A DNA stretch of 64,000 nucleotides, taken from IMG/VR virus record IMGVR_UViG_3300032247_000581, positions 1-64,000 of that record; one strand, given 5' to 3'. Of the stretch, positions 56,515 through 64,000 are shown piece after piece. Under the pieces are notes generated by a model. The model was not told the DNA's origin and searched no databases. It worked only from the letters and a program-made list of their open reading frames with translations. This stretch comes from a virus. Lineage: Duplodnaviria > Caudoviricetes. How positions within the stretch are numbered: the first letter of the stretch is position 1; every line of letters starts with the position of its first letter. A program made the position numbers and the translations under genes.

Positions 56515-58089
56515 TTATCTAAAGAAAACGTTGGACGACACTTCTACAGTAGGCATTGTTAAATCCATAGTTAAAGACACTGCTATAGCCAAGCTATCTG
56601 CATAGTCATCATGTGCATGGGCTTCATCTGGTGCATGGGCTAAAAAGTTTGGCCCCGTAAATTTTGTCTCTAAGTCTGACATTTGCTGATAGAAACGCTT
56701 CCATGTACGAAGGCGACGAGTTTTAGCGTGGGCAGGCCAGCCAACCATACGTCTATCGATAAGAGCCTTTAAGTGCTTCCACCGTTTAGATTGTTCAGAT
56801 TGACTACTACCTATGGAATGAACCTCTGCACGTGGAAGAAGAATCTTAAGGCGCTGGGCTACCGCATCTCCCACACCGTTTGCATCCACGCCTACAGCTA
56901 GAACATCGTAGTTAGAGAGGAATTGCACAATTTGAAAATATTGGTCTTCCCAATCATCGCCTTGTAGTTCAAGCCAATTTAATATTCTATGGTCAAAGTA
57001 ACCAAACTCATCTGGTCTATCCCAGTCAACCCACAACACAGTGACAACAGTAGAGTCGACTTTACGAGCAGGGTCAATGCCCACAACAACAGGGGAGCGA
57101 TGCCAAGCTTTTACAGTCTCTTGAGAAGTATCACCAAGTTCATCTAATATTGTGGAAGTAACAAACATACCTCTATCAAGGAGCCATTTACAGCAATAGG
57201 ACATCTGGAACTCATCTGAATCTTCGCCGATGCGTAACATTTCTTTTTTAATAAACTTTGCATAGTTAGCGTTGTATTTAGATACATCACGGTAATCCCA
57301 CTCAAAGTGGTTTTGTCGTACGCTTCGAGAAGTCTGCCTACGTTTGTTTAATTGAATGGAGCGGTAAAAGTTATTTTTATGTGTAGTTGGTGTGCCTGTC
57401 TTAACCATTGTTCCTGAATAGTAAGCCAACATAGGAGAGATAGATTTAGAGACAGTAAAGTCATCTGCTTCTTGACACTCGTCAATAATAATTAAATGAA
57501 AAGATTTAGATTCAATTTTTGCTCTAGGGTTAGCAGTCATCATCATAAGGGTAGAGCCAGAATTTTTTAATTTAATCTGTCGTGTAACACCAGGGACTTT
57601 ACCTAAAGAGTCATCAATTTCTGGGTCGCCCAAAATCTCTAATGCACGCTCAGATGTAAGGCGGTTAACGGTTCTACCAAAAAGAGTTTCTACCTGTCCT
57701 TCAACAGGTGCAAACATACCTATCCAAATACCATCTTTAAACTTTCCAAGAAGGTCTGGATACATCTTTGCTAAACGTGGAAGCAACACCATAAGCGTAG
57801 CTACGGTGTTAGCAATTGTTTCTGACTTACCTGACTGACGTGCTGCCAAAGCTGTGACTTCTTCACCATCATTAATCAATACTGATTCTATTATTCGTCT
57901 AGCCAAAGGCATTTGATATGGGTGAAGCGGATGTCCTACAAGGGCGTCCATAAATTGAATACAACGGTCAATAAGCTTTTTTACAAACTCTTTGGAGAGC
58001 TCATCTAACTCTTCGTCTTCCTCAAAAGGAAGGTCGCTATCGACGTCTTCTAGCGCTTCATCTTCATCAAAAAATTCTGGTTCGCTCAT
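56515..58089 (-). CDS. terL: terminase large subunit
   Basis: L.PYQ, ARQSGKS, IIIDE, TGTP, GIDPA...D, VDANGVGD, HDDYADS. Confidence 0.95.
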   Translation of the reverse strand: MSEPEFFDEDEALEDVDSDLPFEEDEELDELSKEFVKKLIDRCIQFMDALVGHPLHPYQMPLARRIIESVLINDGEEVTALAARQSGKSETIANTVATLMVLLPRLAKMYPDLLGKFKDGIWIGMFAPVEGQVETLFGRTVNRLTSERALEILGDPEIDDSLGKVPGVTRQIKLKNSGSTLMMMTANPRAKIESKSFHLIIIDECQEADDFTVSKSISPMLAYYSGTMVKTGTPTTHKNNFYRSIQLNKRRQTSRSVRQNHFEWDYRDVSKYNANYAKFIKKEMLRIGEDSDEFQMSYCCKWLLDRGMFVTSTILDELGDTSQETVKAWHRSPVVVGIDPARKVDSTVVTVLWVDWDRPDEFGYFDHRILNWLELQGDDWEDQYFQIVQFLSNYDVLAVGVDANGVGDAVAQRLKILLPRAEVHSIGSSQSEQSKRWKHLKALIDRRMVGWPAHAKTRRLRTWKRFYQQMSDLETKFTGPNFLAHAPDEAHAHDDYADSLAIAVSLTMDLTMPTVEVSSNVFFR

Positions 58090-58106
58090 ATTGACCTTAG
58101 TCTAGT

Positions 58107-58175
58107 AGAAAGCGGAAAGCCTGGGTGATTAACCCAGGCCGACCGTTGCCACACGGGGAGAAGGAAGAGGCAGGC
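58107..58175 (-). ncRNA. candidate small RNA with C/U-rich loop
   Basis: Own promoter upstream; stem TGCC..GGCA around TTCCTTCTCCCC; terminator-like GCCTGGGT-TAATC-ACCCAGGC-TTT. Confidence 0.45.
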
Positions 58176-58178
58176 GTA

Positions 58179-58210
58179 ATCATACTACAAATGTCGATAA
58201 ATCTGTAAAT
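58179..58210 (-). promoter_or_regulatory. promoter with 18-bp repeated element, copy 2
   Basis: TTTACA-N19-TATGAT. Confidence 0.6.
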
Positions 58211-58214
58211 CTCT

Positions 58215-58451
58215 TTAGCGTGTTGCTCTTTGTTTTAATTCGTCAACAACAGCGTGCAAAGCTTCGGCCCCTAAAAGAGCTTCCTCTAAATAGGTGGTCT
58301 CTCGTGATTTAGAGTACAAGGACATGCAGCGACCCACTTCGTAAACGGATTGGTCAATCCACATCTCTAACTCTGAAGTAGGTATCTTTACTACCCTTTT
58401 AGCCACTTTCTCTGAAAATGGCTTCACCCACGGTTCTTTTTTCTTAAACAT
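58215..58451 (-). CDS. hypothetical helical protein
   Basis: TAATG coupling at 58451. Confidence 0.65.
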   Translation of the reverse strand: MFKKKEPWVKPFSEKVAKRVVKIPTSELEMWIDQSVYEVGRCMSLYSKSRETTYLEEALLGAEALHAVVDELKQRATR

Positions 58452-58732
58452 TACCACTCCCGTACATCTTTTGGCTCTAGGTTCATATCACGTAACCCAA
58501 TAGCAGCAGCTAATAAATCATCTGCATCTTCGTCAAATACATAAGTAGTAGGCTTAGTCCATATTCCCAACACAAACCCAGGGTGTGTAAAAGGCGCCCT
58601 AAATACAAGACAGAGTTTACTTTTACGATAAGGGAATTCAGTTTCTTGAGTCCAGCCCTTTTCAATAATAGGAAGAGCCTTGCGGTGATAGTACTGAATA
58701 ACATCCGCGTATAGTGGTCCGATAGATTTCAT
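58451..58732 (-). CDS. hypothetical protein
   Basis: TAATG coupling. Confidence 0.65.
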   Translation of the reverse strand: MKSIGPLYADVIQYYHRKALPIIEKGWTQETEFPYRKSKLCLVFRAPFTHPGFVLGIWTKPTTYVFDEDADDLLAAAIGLRDMNLEPKDVREW

Positions 58733-59145
58733 TATGCGTTAAATAGTACCCTAGTTTCCTCTGTCATTTCATTAGGGTTAAAGGGCCCCATGTCATCGTG
58801 GGTATCTAGACCAGAGGCAGCTAAATACTTGCCTGTTGAATTACTGGCTTTAAGGTCATCCCACATATCAACAGGAATGTCGTTGTACTCCCACCAAGTG
58901 CCGTCTCTAAATTTAACCACTAGCTTTTGTGCTTGCCTACTATAGGCAAGCTTTAACGCCCTTGGTTTAGGAGAATTTGTGGTTGGAGCGGTCATTGTTT
59001 GATAAGTGGGGATAGGCTCTCTAGTATTGGCAATTTCAAAATCGTCGTAAACTTTTTCTTGTGCACGAAGGGCAATATTAAGCTTTTTATTTGCTACATC
59101 GGATGTACGGCTATAGTAGGTATCTACTCGATTTCTCTTAGCCAT
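58732..59145 (-). CDS. KTSC-domain protein
   Basis: AY......L.V.FRDG..WEY..IP...W..L..S.STGKY. Confidence 0.8.
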   Translation of the reverse strand: MAKRNRVDTYYSRTSDVANKKLNIALRAQEKVYDDFEIANTREPIPTYQTMTAPTTNSPKPRALKLAYSRQAQKLVVKFRDGTWWEYNDIPVDMWDDLKASNSTGKYLAASGLDTHDDMGPFNPNEMTEETRVLFNA

Positions 59146-59408
59146 TATTCCTCACAGACGTGATTCTCTGTCTCATTCTCCATAACTCTAGCAAAGCAAG
59201 TACCACAGCGTAATGCTTTAGGTGGAGAGTAGTTATTTTGAGCAGTACTACCTGGGGCAAATCCACTGCCGTCTTCTGCAAAAGAAGGTTCGTAATCTGA
59301 AACTATCTCAGATTCACGAAAGAGTTCTCTGGGAAAAGGTCCTTGCGGGTTCTGTACTTTATCTGGTACTGGATGAATTTGAACCGCTTGATAGCGGGTT
59401 ACTTTCAT
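59145..59408 (-). CDS. hypothetical protein with C-terminal CxxC...HxC
   Basis: CGTC...NHVC. Confidence 0.65.
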   Translation of the reverse strand: MKVTRYQAVQIHPVPDKVQNPQGPFPRELFRESEIVSDYEPSFAEDGSGFAPGSTAQNNYSPPKALRCGTCFARVMENETENHVCEE

Positions 59409-59602
59409 TCTTCGCTCTTAGTAGTCTTTTTCTTAGGTGGTGTTAGTTCTTCTACCACTGGTTCTACTAATGGGAAATGCCCTGCAGCAGCTCTTTGACG
59501 TAACCAAGAAGGAAGGCAAGAAGCGCAATAATTTACAGGGTTAATCCCTGGGTCAGCGGTTGTGTAATCCGCTTTACTTTCACAGTTAGCACACTTAATC
59601 AT
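59405..59602 (-). CDS. small zinc-binding protein
   Basis: CANC...YCASC; AAGGAG RBS. Confidence 0.7.
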   Translation of the reverse strand: MIKCANCESKADYTTADPGINPVNYCASCLPSWLRQRAAAGHFPLVEPVVEELTPPKKKTTKSEE

Positions 59603-59647
59603 ACGTACTCCTTAATAGGGCTTAATGATACCCCAATAAACGCCAAA

Positions 59648-59670
59648 GAGGGAGGCACAAAGCCTCCCTC
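59648..59670 (-). terminator. intrinsic terminator
   Basis: GAGGGAGGC-N5-GCCTCCCTC-TTT. Confidence 0.65.
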
Positions 59671-59686
59671 TCCAACGTACTCTTAA

Positions 59687-59881
59687 TTACTTAGAAGCAC
59701 CGATTCCGTAAGACTTGTCTTTTGGATTAAGGGCTTTAGCTAGTGGGCCAACAAGACCTGCAACAAATGCGTTAGCCAAAGTCTTAGGGTCTGAAATCCC
59801 GCTCATGTATAGGGCGGCAACTGATGCTGCTGATGCACGAAGCCAAGTAGCTCCTGCACTCTTTAACATATTCATATCCAT
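59687..59881 (-). CDS. holin-like membrane protein
   Basis: Start moved to ATG 59881; W.RA..A..AALY..G..DP..L..A......P....LNPKD. Confidence 0.6.
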   Translation of the reverse strand: MDMNMLKSAGATWLRASAASVAALYMSGISDPKTLANAFVAGLVGPLAKALNPKDKSYGIGASK

Positions 59882-59927
59882 ACGTTCCTTCTTTCGTGCG
59901 GAACTTCCGCCTAATAAGGGTAGCAGA

Positions 59928-60182
59928 TTATTCTTCCTCGTCAACGTGTTGTTCAAAACGACCTTCCAGTTTTGCAACCTTCTCCCCGATAGCAATCTGG
60001 TCAGTACGCAACTCTATAAGCATGGGAATAACTTCTTTATTAATTTTATCGTGAATAGATGAGCCGCCATTAGGACGCAACTCAGATAAGTACTTTTTAA
60101 CTAACCATTTAATTCCAGCAACACACGCTGCAATAATGCCAATTTCAGCTGAAGTTATGCCAATCCATGTGTCTATGCTCAT
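59928..60182 (-). CDS. membrane-anchored coiled-coil protein (lysis-associated type)
   Basis: N-terminal TM, ELRPNGGSS..D, coiled coil ending F..H. Confidence 0.65.
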   Translation of the reverse strand: MSIDTWIGITSAEIGIIAACVAGIKWLVKKYLSELRPNGGSSIHDKINKEVIPMLIELRTDQIAIGEKVAKLEGRFEQHVDEEE

Positions 60183-60313
60183 TACGCAACCATTCTTCTA
60201 TGTTTATTTTAGTAGATAGAATAGTTGTCCGTATAAAAATCACGTATTTACATAGCTATTTATACATTATTATCAGCATGTTTGTATGTGTAAAAAATAA
60301 TATTTTGTTCAAC

Positions 60314-60344
60314 TTGACTTAATGCGTAACGCATATGCTACTGT
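60314..60344 (+). promoter_or_regulatory. promoter for plus-strand island with palindrome in spacer
   Basis: TTGACT-N19-TACTGT (TGn extension); ATGCGT-A-ACGCAT in spacer. Confidence 0.55.
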
Positions 60345-60398
60345 TGAGTAAGAGACAGGCACCCACAAGGTGCCTTTTTCCAACTGAGAGGAGCAGAA

Positions 60399-60938
60399 AT
60401 GCTTAATATCAGAATCAACTTCAATGTTGACTTAAAGAAGGTTGGGATTATATGGGCGACATTCGTCTTAGTATTCTCGCAACTAGCGCTGCCTCCAACT
60501 GCGGAAGCGTTAACTGTGCCTGCACCTGCGGAGAAACCTATAACAGTCAGCTTGACGTATCTGAAAGTAACGACGACAAAAACACAAGCCGCGAAATCCG
60601 TGGCTAGCCCAGACGCCAAATACTTTGACGCTGAGGCGCTTGCATTTCTTACTACATACTCCCAAGGATGGAGTATGAAAGAGTGGAACTGCCTTCGTTC
60701 TATCTGGCAACGAGAAAGCCATTTCAACCCAAAGGCGCTCAATATGAGTTCCCACGCTTTTGGAATCGCACAGTTCTTGCCTTCTACCTGGGGAAACTAT
60801 AAGGTAGTTCAAACAGCTGAAGCGAAATTACAAATCAAATACGGATTACGTTATATAAAAATGAGATATGGGAGCGTGAATGAGCCTACAGGCGCATGTG
60901 CAGCATGGAGATTTTGGCAAAAGAAAGGCTGGTATTAA
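60399..60938 (+). CDS. secreted/anchored lytic transglycosylase (SLT-like)
   Basis: N-terminal hydrophobic segment; EW.CL..IW.RES.FNP.A.N.SS.A.GIAQ, QI..GL.YI..RYG...C.AW. Confidence 0.85.
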   Translation: MLNIRINFNVDLKKVGIIWATFVLVFSQLALPPTAEALTVPAPAEKPITVSLTYLKVTTTKTQAAKSVASPDAKYFDAEALAFLTTYSQGWSMKEWNCLRSIWQRESHFNPKALNMSSHAFGIAQFLPSTWGNYKVVQTAEAKLQIKYGLRYIKMRYGSVNEPTGACAAWRFWQKKGWY

Positions 60939-61173
60939 GGCGCCATATTTTGATGGTACCCAACCGTGCGCACAAACAGACCCAGAACTCTTTTTCCCTG
61001 AGAATGCTGGAGAAGCCAATAAAACTAAACGAGTTGTTAAACAAATATGTGGACACTGTGAATTTCAAGCCGATTGTTTGGAATACGCGTTAACACATGA
61101 TGTATTTGGAATCTGGGGAGGAATGTTAGATTCTGAACGTAGAATGATGAGGCGTAAACGATTATCTGCTTAA
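60880..61173 (+). CDS. whiB: second WhiB-family transcription factor
   Basis: CAQTDPELFFP...C.HC....DCLEYAL....GIWGG....ER. Confidence 0.92.
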   Translation: MSLQAHVQHGDFGKRKAGIKAPYFDGTQPCAQTDPELFFPENAGEANKTKRVVKQICGHCEFQADCLEYALTHDVFGIWGGMLDSERRMMRRKRLSA

Positions 61174-61176
61174 AGT

Positions 61177-61208
61177 AAAAAGCCCCAGCCAATTGGCTGG
61201 GGCTTTTT
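61177..61208. terminator. bidirectional intrinsic terminator
   Basis: AAAAA-GCCCCAGCC-AATT-GGCTGGGGC-TTTTT between convergent genes. Confidence 0.88.
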
Positions 61209-61220
61209 CTATTGAGAAGC

Positions 61221-62294
61221 TTATGAAGCTGCTGCCCAAGGTGTAATTGTGATTGCTGCGCCTGCTGAAACTGAAGAGGCACCTGCTGCACGTGATTGTG
61301 TCTTGATTGTTCCTGGAACACCGATTACTGAGCCAGTTCCTGTAGACAAAGCGGTGCTTGCATTTGTGACAAAGTAAACCTTGTCAGTGCTTTCGTTTGC
61401 AGTTACAGTCCAAGTTCCATCAACAGTTCCTGTTGATGCAACTGTAATCTTTGTGCCAACTGGGTATGCTGCAGTTGCACCTGTTGCTGTAATGCGAGCA
61501 GTTGTTGAGCCATCAGCACGGTCAACGTCTGTAATTGATTTAGCAGCGTTTGTTGCCCCTGCTGCAGTTGTAACAACAAGCTCTGCATCTGTCAAAGCAT
61601 CTACAGCCAAAGCTGTTGTAAGCCCAAGAACTGATGGAACTACTACATAGTCAACGCCAGAGATATAGGCACCATCATTTGCAGTGACTTCATCTGTATA
61701 ACGAGCTGTACCTGAGATATTAATGTAATCTCCAGTACCAGATGCTGTTACTGTAAATGTGTAGCGGTTTGCTGATGCTACAGTTAGATTTGTTCCATCA
61801 AGACCTGTTCCAGCAATATTTACTGTGTCTCCAGCCTTAAGGAAGTTATTTGGAGCTGTGTAAGTCTGTGTAGTGCCATCACCAGATGCCTGTGTAATAC
61901 GGTAGACAGCTTGGTGTGTGCTTGCAAATCGAGGATAAGAAGCCCAACCAGATTCTGCACGAACGTGGTTATCTGAAGGAACGTTGAAAGTAAGTGCGTT
62001 TGCAAATGTTGTTGTTAGAGCTCCGTAAGCAAGGTTACCGCTTGCTACCTGAGTAGTAGCTGCCCATTGACGGTCATAATCTGAACCACCAATATTTGTT
62101 ACTGAACCACGACGTTCATCGTTTGGTTGTAGTGGGTTCATTCCACCCCATACGTAATCTACAACAATGTTTCCTGCTGAGTCGGTTGCGTGACCGTCAT
62201 TATTTGTTCCGCCTGCTTGGGCTGCAATAGCAACTGAATATGCTCCAGTAGCTTGGTCAGACCCCACGGCTGCGGGTGATGAATAACTTGACAT
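61221..62294 (-). CDS. Ala/Thr/Gly-rich probable virion protein with split PASTA-like motif
   Basis: VPSVLGL...A..AL..A.L ... TQS.AAG......ITIT; beta-rich inserts. Confidence 0.6.
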   Translation of the reverse strand: MSSYSSPAAVGSDQATGAYSVAIAAQAGGTNNDGHATDSAGNIVVDYVWGGMNPLQPNDERRGSVTNIGGSDYDRQWAATTQVASGNLAYGALTTTFANALTFNVPSDNHVRAESGWASYPRFASTHQAVYRITQASGDGTTQTYTAPNNFLKAGDTVNIAGTGLDGTNLTVASANRYTFTVTASGTGDYINISGTARYTDEVTANDGAYISGVDYVVVPSVLGLTTALAVDALTDAELVVTTAAGATNAAKSITDVDRADGSTTARITATGATAAYPVGTKITVASTGTVDGTWTVTANESTDKVYFVTNASTALSTGTGSVIGVPGTIKTQSRAAGASSVSAGAAITITPWAAAS

Positions 62295-62318
62295 TGATAA
62301 TACCTCTCTAGAGTTTGG

Positions 62319-62573
62319 TTAGCAGTCCCATGCGCGTAGGGACTTATTAATTCTACTGTTTGGGTCATTAGCTGTCTTACTAGACGTATTAGCCCTTTTC
62401 ATTCCAGTCATTCGAGCGCAAAAAGATTTGTGCCTTGCATTCTGATGGTCTTTACTTGGAGCTTTTAAATTACTGCCTGGGTGAGCTGACTCATAAGATT
62501 TGCGCCCTTTTTCATTAAGGCCACCATTTTTATTTTTGCCAGCTTTACGTTGCCATGCTTCTGAACTAGCCAT
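62319..62573 (-). CDS. basic phage protein (DUF6321-like)
   Basis: AWQRK.GKN..GGLN.KGR.SY...LK.P...SFCARM.GMK...SRINKSLR.W.C. Confidence 0.7.
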   Translation of the reverse strand: MASSEAWQRKAGKNKNGGLNEKGRKSYESAHPGSNLKAPSKDHQNARHKSFCARMTGMKRANTSSKTANDPNSRINKSLRAWDC

Positions 62574-62727
62574 TTGATTCTCCGTTCGCGCCTCTACCTG
62601 GATTCATGTAGACACCTGTCTTTGCTTTTTCTTGGTCCCTTAGAAAGAATTTTCTAAGACCAAATCTAGAGTCATTAATAGTTGTAGGGCGCAAATTTGC
62701 CTCTTTAAAAGATTTATTGCGCTTCAT
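62566..62727 (-). CDS. hypothetical 53-aa basic protein
   Basis: Not in ORF track; MKRNKSFKEA...GESNG; ATGA coupling. Confidence 0.6.
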   Translation of the reverse strand: MKRNKSFKEANLRPTTINDSRFGLRKFFLRDQEKAKTGVYMNPGRGANGESNG

Positions 62728-62903
62728 ACTTTCCAACGATTCCACTGTGCACTTTGAGTCTTTACTCCAACCACAGAACCACTTGCCCTAGTAAGGGCGT
62801 CACGAAATTCTCGCTCTCCCATACGGGTGCGGTTAATATTCATCTGAGTCAAAGACTGAGTAGCGTAGTCTTCTTTAGGCTCAAGATTTTTTCTTTTAGA
62901 CAT
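62724..62903 (-). CDS. hypothetical 59-aa protein
   Basis: Not in ORF track; MSKRKNLEPK...QWNRWKV; TAATG coupling. Confidence 0.6.
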   Translation of the reverse strand: MSKRKNLEPKEDYATQSLTQMNINRTRMGEREFRDALTRASGSVVGVKTQSAQWNRWKV

Positions 62904-63343
62904 TAGTCGTCTAAGTTAACAGAGTCTGGTTTTGGTTGAGACTTGTAAGTTCCGCTAACGCCACTCTTTCCAACGTTAAGGTTAGAAAATTGTCCTGACG
63001 AACCCATACGTTCAAAGTGGTCAATAATATGAGTTGTTGCAGCAATATCGCGTTGATGCCCTGCTTCAGCTGCTGCTTGTCCAAGTCTGTGTGTTTGACG
63101 CCCTTGATTTAATGTGCGCTTATGTGCAGCATCTGCAGCTGATTCTCCAAGAACATGCTTGACAACCGACTGCTGCACGTTCTGTGTGTGCTGTTGGTTA
63201 GATAGAGCAGATGCTTGTTGAGCATTAACGCCGCCTTTTCCACCAAAAGCATTTTTACCAACCATTACAGCAGCAATTTGACGAGAAAGACCGCGAATAC
63301 CACCAGTACCTGATGGGGCGCTTGAAAAAGGATTAGTTGCCAT
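62903..63343 (-). CDS. hypothetical His/Gln-rich protein
   Basis: 146-aa ORF with AGGAGACCAT motif upstream. Confidence 0.65.
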   Translation of the reverse strand: MATNPFSSAPSGTGGIRGLSRQIAAVMVGKNAFGGKGGVNAQQASALSNQQHTQNVQQSVVKHVLGESAADAAHKRTLNQGRQTHRLGQAAAEAGHQRDIAATTHIIDHFERMGSSGQFSNLNVGKSGVSGTYKSQPKPDSVNLDD

Positions 63344-63379
63344 GGGTAAATGGTCTCCTAAAAGAGAAGTGTTTTCTGT

Positions 63380-63484
63380 CTAAGCAAGATGCTTTTCTTC
63401 ACAACTTCGTGCTAATTCTGGGACTACAAATACCTTGTCGCAGAAAGCGCATGTATAGAGCTTTCTGCGTTCGGCATCAGTCAC
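63380..63484 (-). CDS. 34-aa zinc-finger microprotein
   Basis: Not in ORF track; MTDAERRKLYTCAFCDKVFVVPELARSCEEKHLA; GTG overlaps endolysin stop. Confidence 0.65.
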   Translation of the reverse strand: MTDAERRKLYTCAFCDKVFVVPELARSCEEKHLA

Positions 63485-64000
63485 TAAATAAGGTCCATCA
63501 ATGCTGCCCAAGTTTTTGGGCCTACGATTCCATTAGAGTCTAAATTGTCGTGGTTATCTTGGAAAGCAATAACTTTAGCTTTTGTAGCTGGTCCAAAATC
63601 ACCATCTTCAACTAATGTTAAAGCGTGTTGAATAAGTTTGACAGATTCATTTTTATCACCAGGGCGAATTTGACCTGGAAATGCAGGTTTTTCTGCTGGA
63701 ACTACTGTGGCTGTTACTTCATTGCCTTTATAATTAGGGCGTCCAAATCCAACAATAAAACTTGGGATTCCCTTAGCGTTACGCTTGTAGGCACGAATTT
63801 TCTTTACAGCTTCACCGCCGTTAGCTTGTGAACCAGATTTTTTCTTATCACCAGAGGTGTTTCCCTCCATAGTTGTTACCGTGCCATCTCCGTTGTTTTT
63901 AACAACAATCCCAACATGTTCAATAGGAGCTCCACCTGCAACAAAATCAAAGTAGACAATATCGCCTGGTTGTGGGTCGGCTTTTTCTGCATCTGTCCAA
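63484..64000 (-). CDS. endolysin (CHAP amidase + peptidoglycan-binding domain), 5' end outside window
   Basis: Frame open to window end: PQPGDIVYFDF...HVGIV...EGNT; DGDFGPAT...V..FQ...GIVG..TW. Confidence 0.9.
   Translation of the reverse strand, partial: WTDAEKADPQPGDIVYFDFVAGGAPIEHVGIVVKNNGDGTVTTMEGNTSGDKKKSGSQANGGEAVKKIRAYKRNAKGIPSFIVGFGRPNYKGNEVTATVVPAEKPAFPGQIRPGDKNESVKLIQHALTLVEDGDFGPATKAKVIAFQDNHDNLDSNGIVGPKTWAALMDLI

Noticed and set aside
752-59446. Plus-strand ORFs in the track other than 60399..60938 and 60880..61173
   Set aside because: Antisense to well-supported minus-strand genes; no motifs or RBS

Overview
The whole window is one contiguous piece of a tailed dsDNA bacteriophage genome with a contractile (myovirus-type) tail. 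Almost all genes are on the minus strand. Reading in the direction of transcription (right to left): endolysin and small genes; a two-gene plus-strand island (lytic transglycosylase, WhiB); holin-like genes; terminase, portal, scaffold and major capsid; collagen-like fibres; an array of four fibronectin-III-stalked adhesin cassettes; a string of tiny Lys-rich peptides; tail sheath, tube, tape measure and baseplate; then a replication/recombination block (initiator, DnaC-like loader, DnaB, primase, dNMP kinase, SNF2 helicase, SSB, family A polymerase, RecA, WhiB, Cas4-like and Hjc-like nucleases). Two WhiB genes and leaderless-style promoters point to an actinobacterial host; the AT-rich composition (roughly 40% GC by eye) suggests a low-GC freshwater lineage (inference). 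Main signals: (1) the portal gene is split by 7 extra nucleotides, GAA-TAG-T-GAG, with matched Glu codons around a stop, the layout of programmed ribosomal bypassing; (2) the adhesin cassettes (FN3 stalk, variable tip, small partner gene) are bounded by a conserved ~44-bp repeat; (3) an unannotated 33-aa, 8-Cys metallothionein-like peptide in a coupled chain of basic microproteins; (4) a candidate anti-Shine-Dalgarno sRNA, a +1 tail-chaperone frameshift and a possible RBS-sequestering pseudoknot before the polymerase. All family assignments are from motif recognition; no database searches were run.
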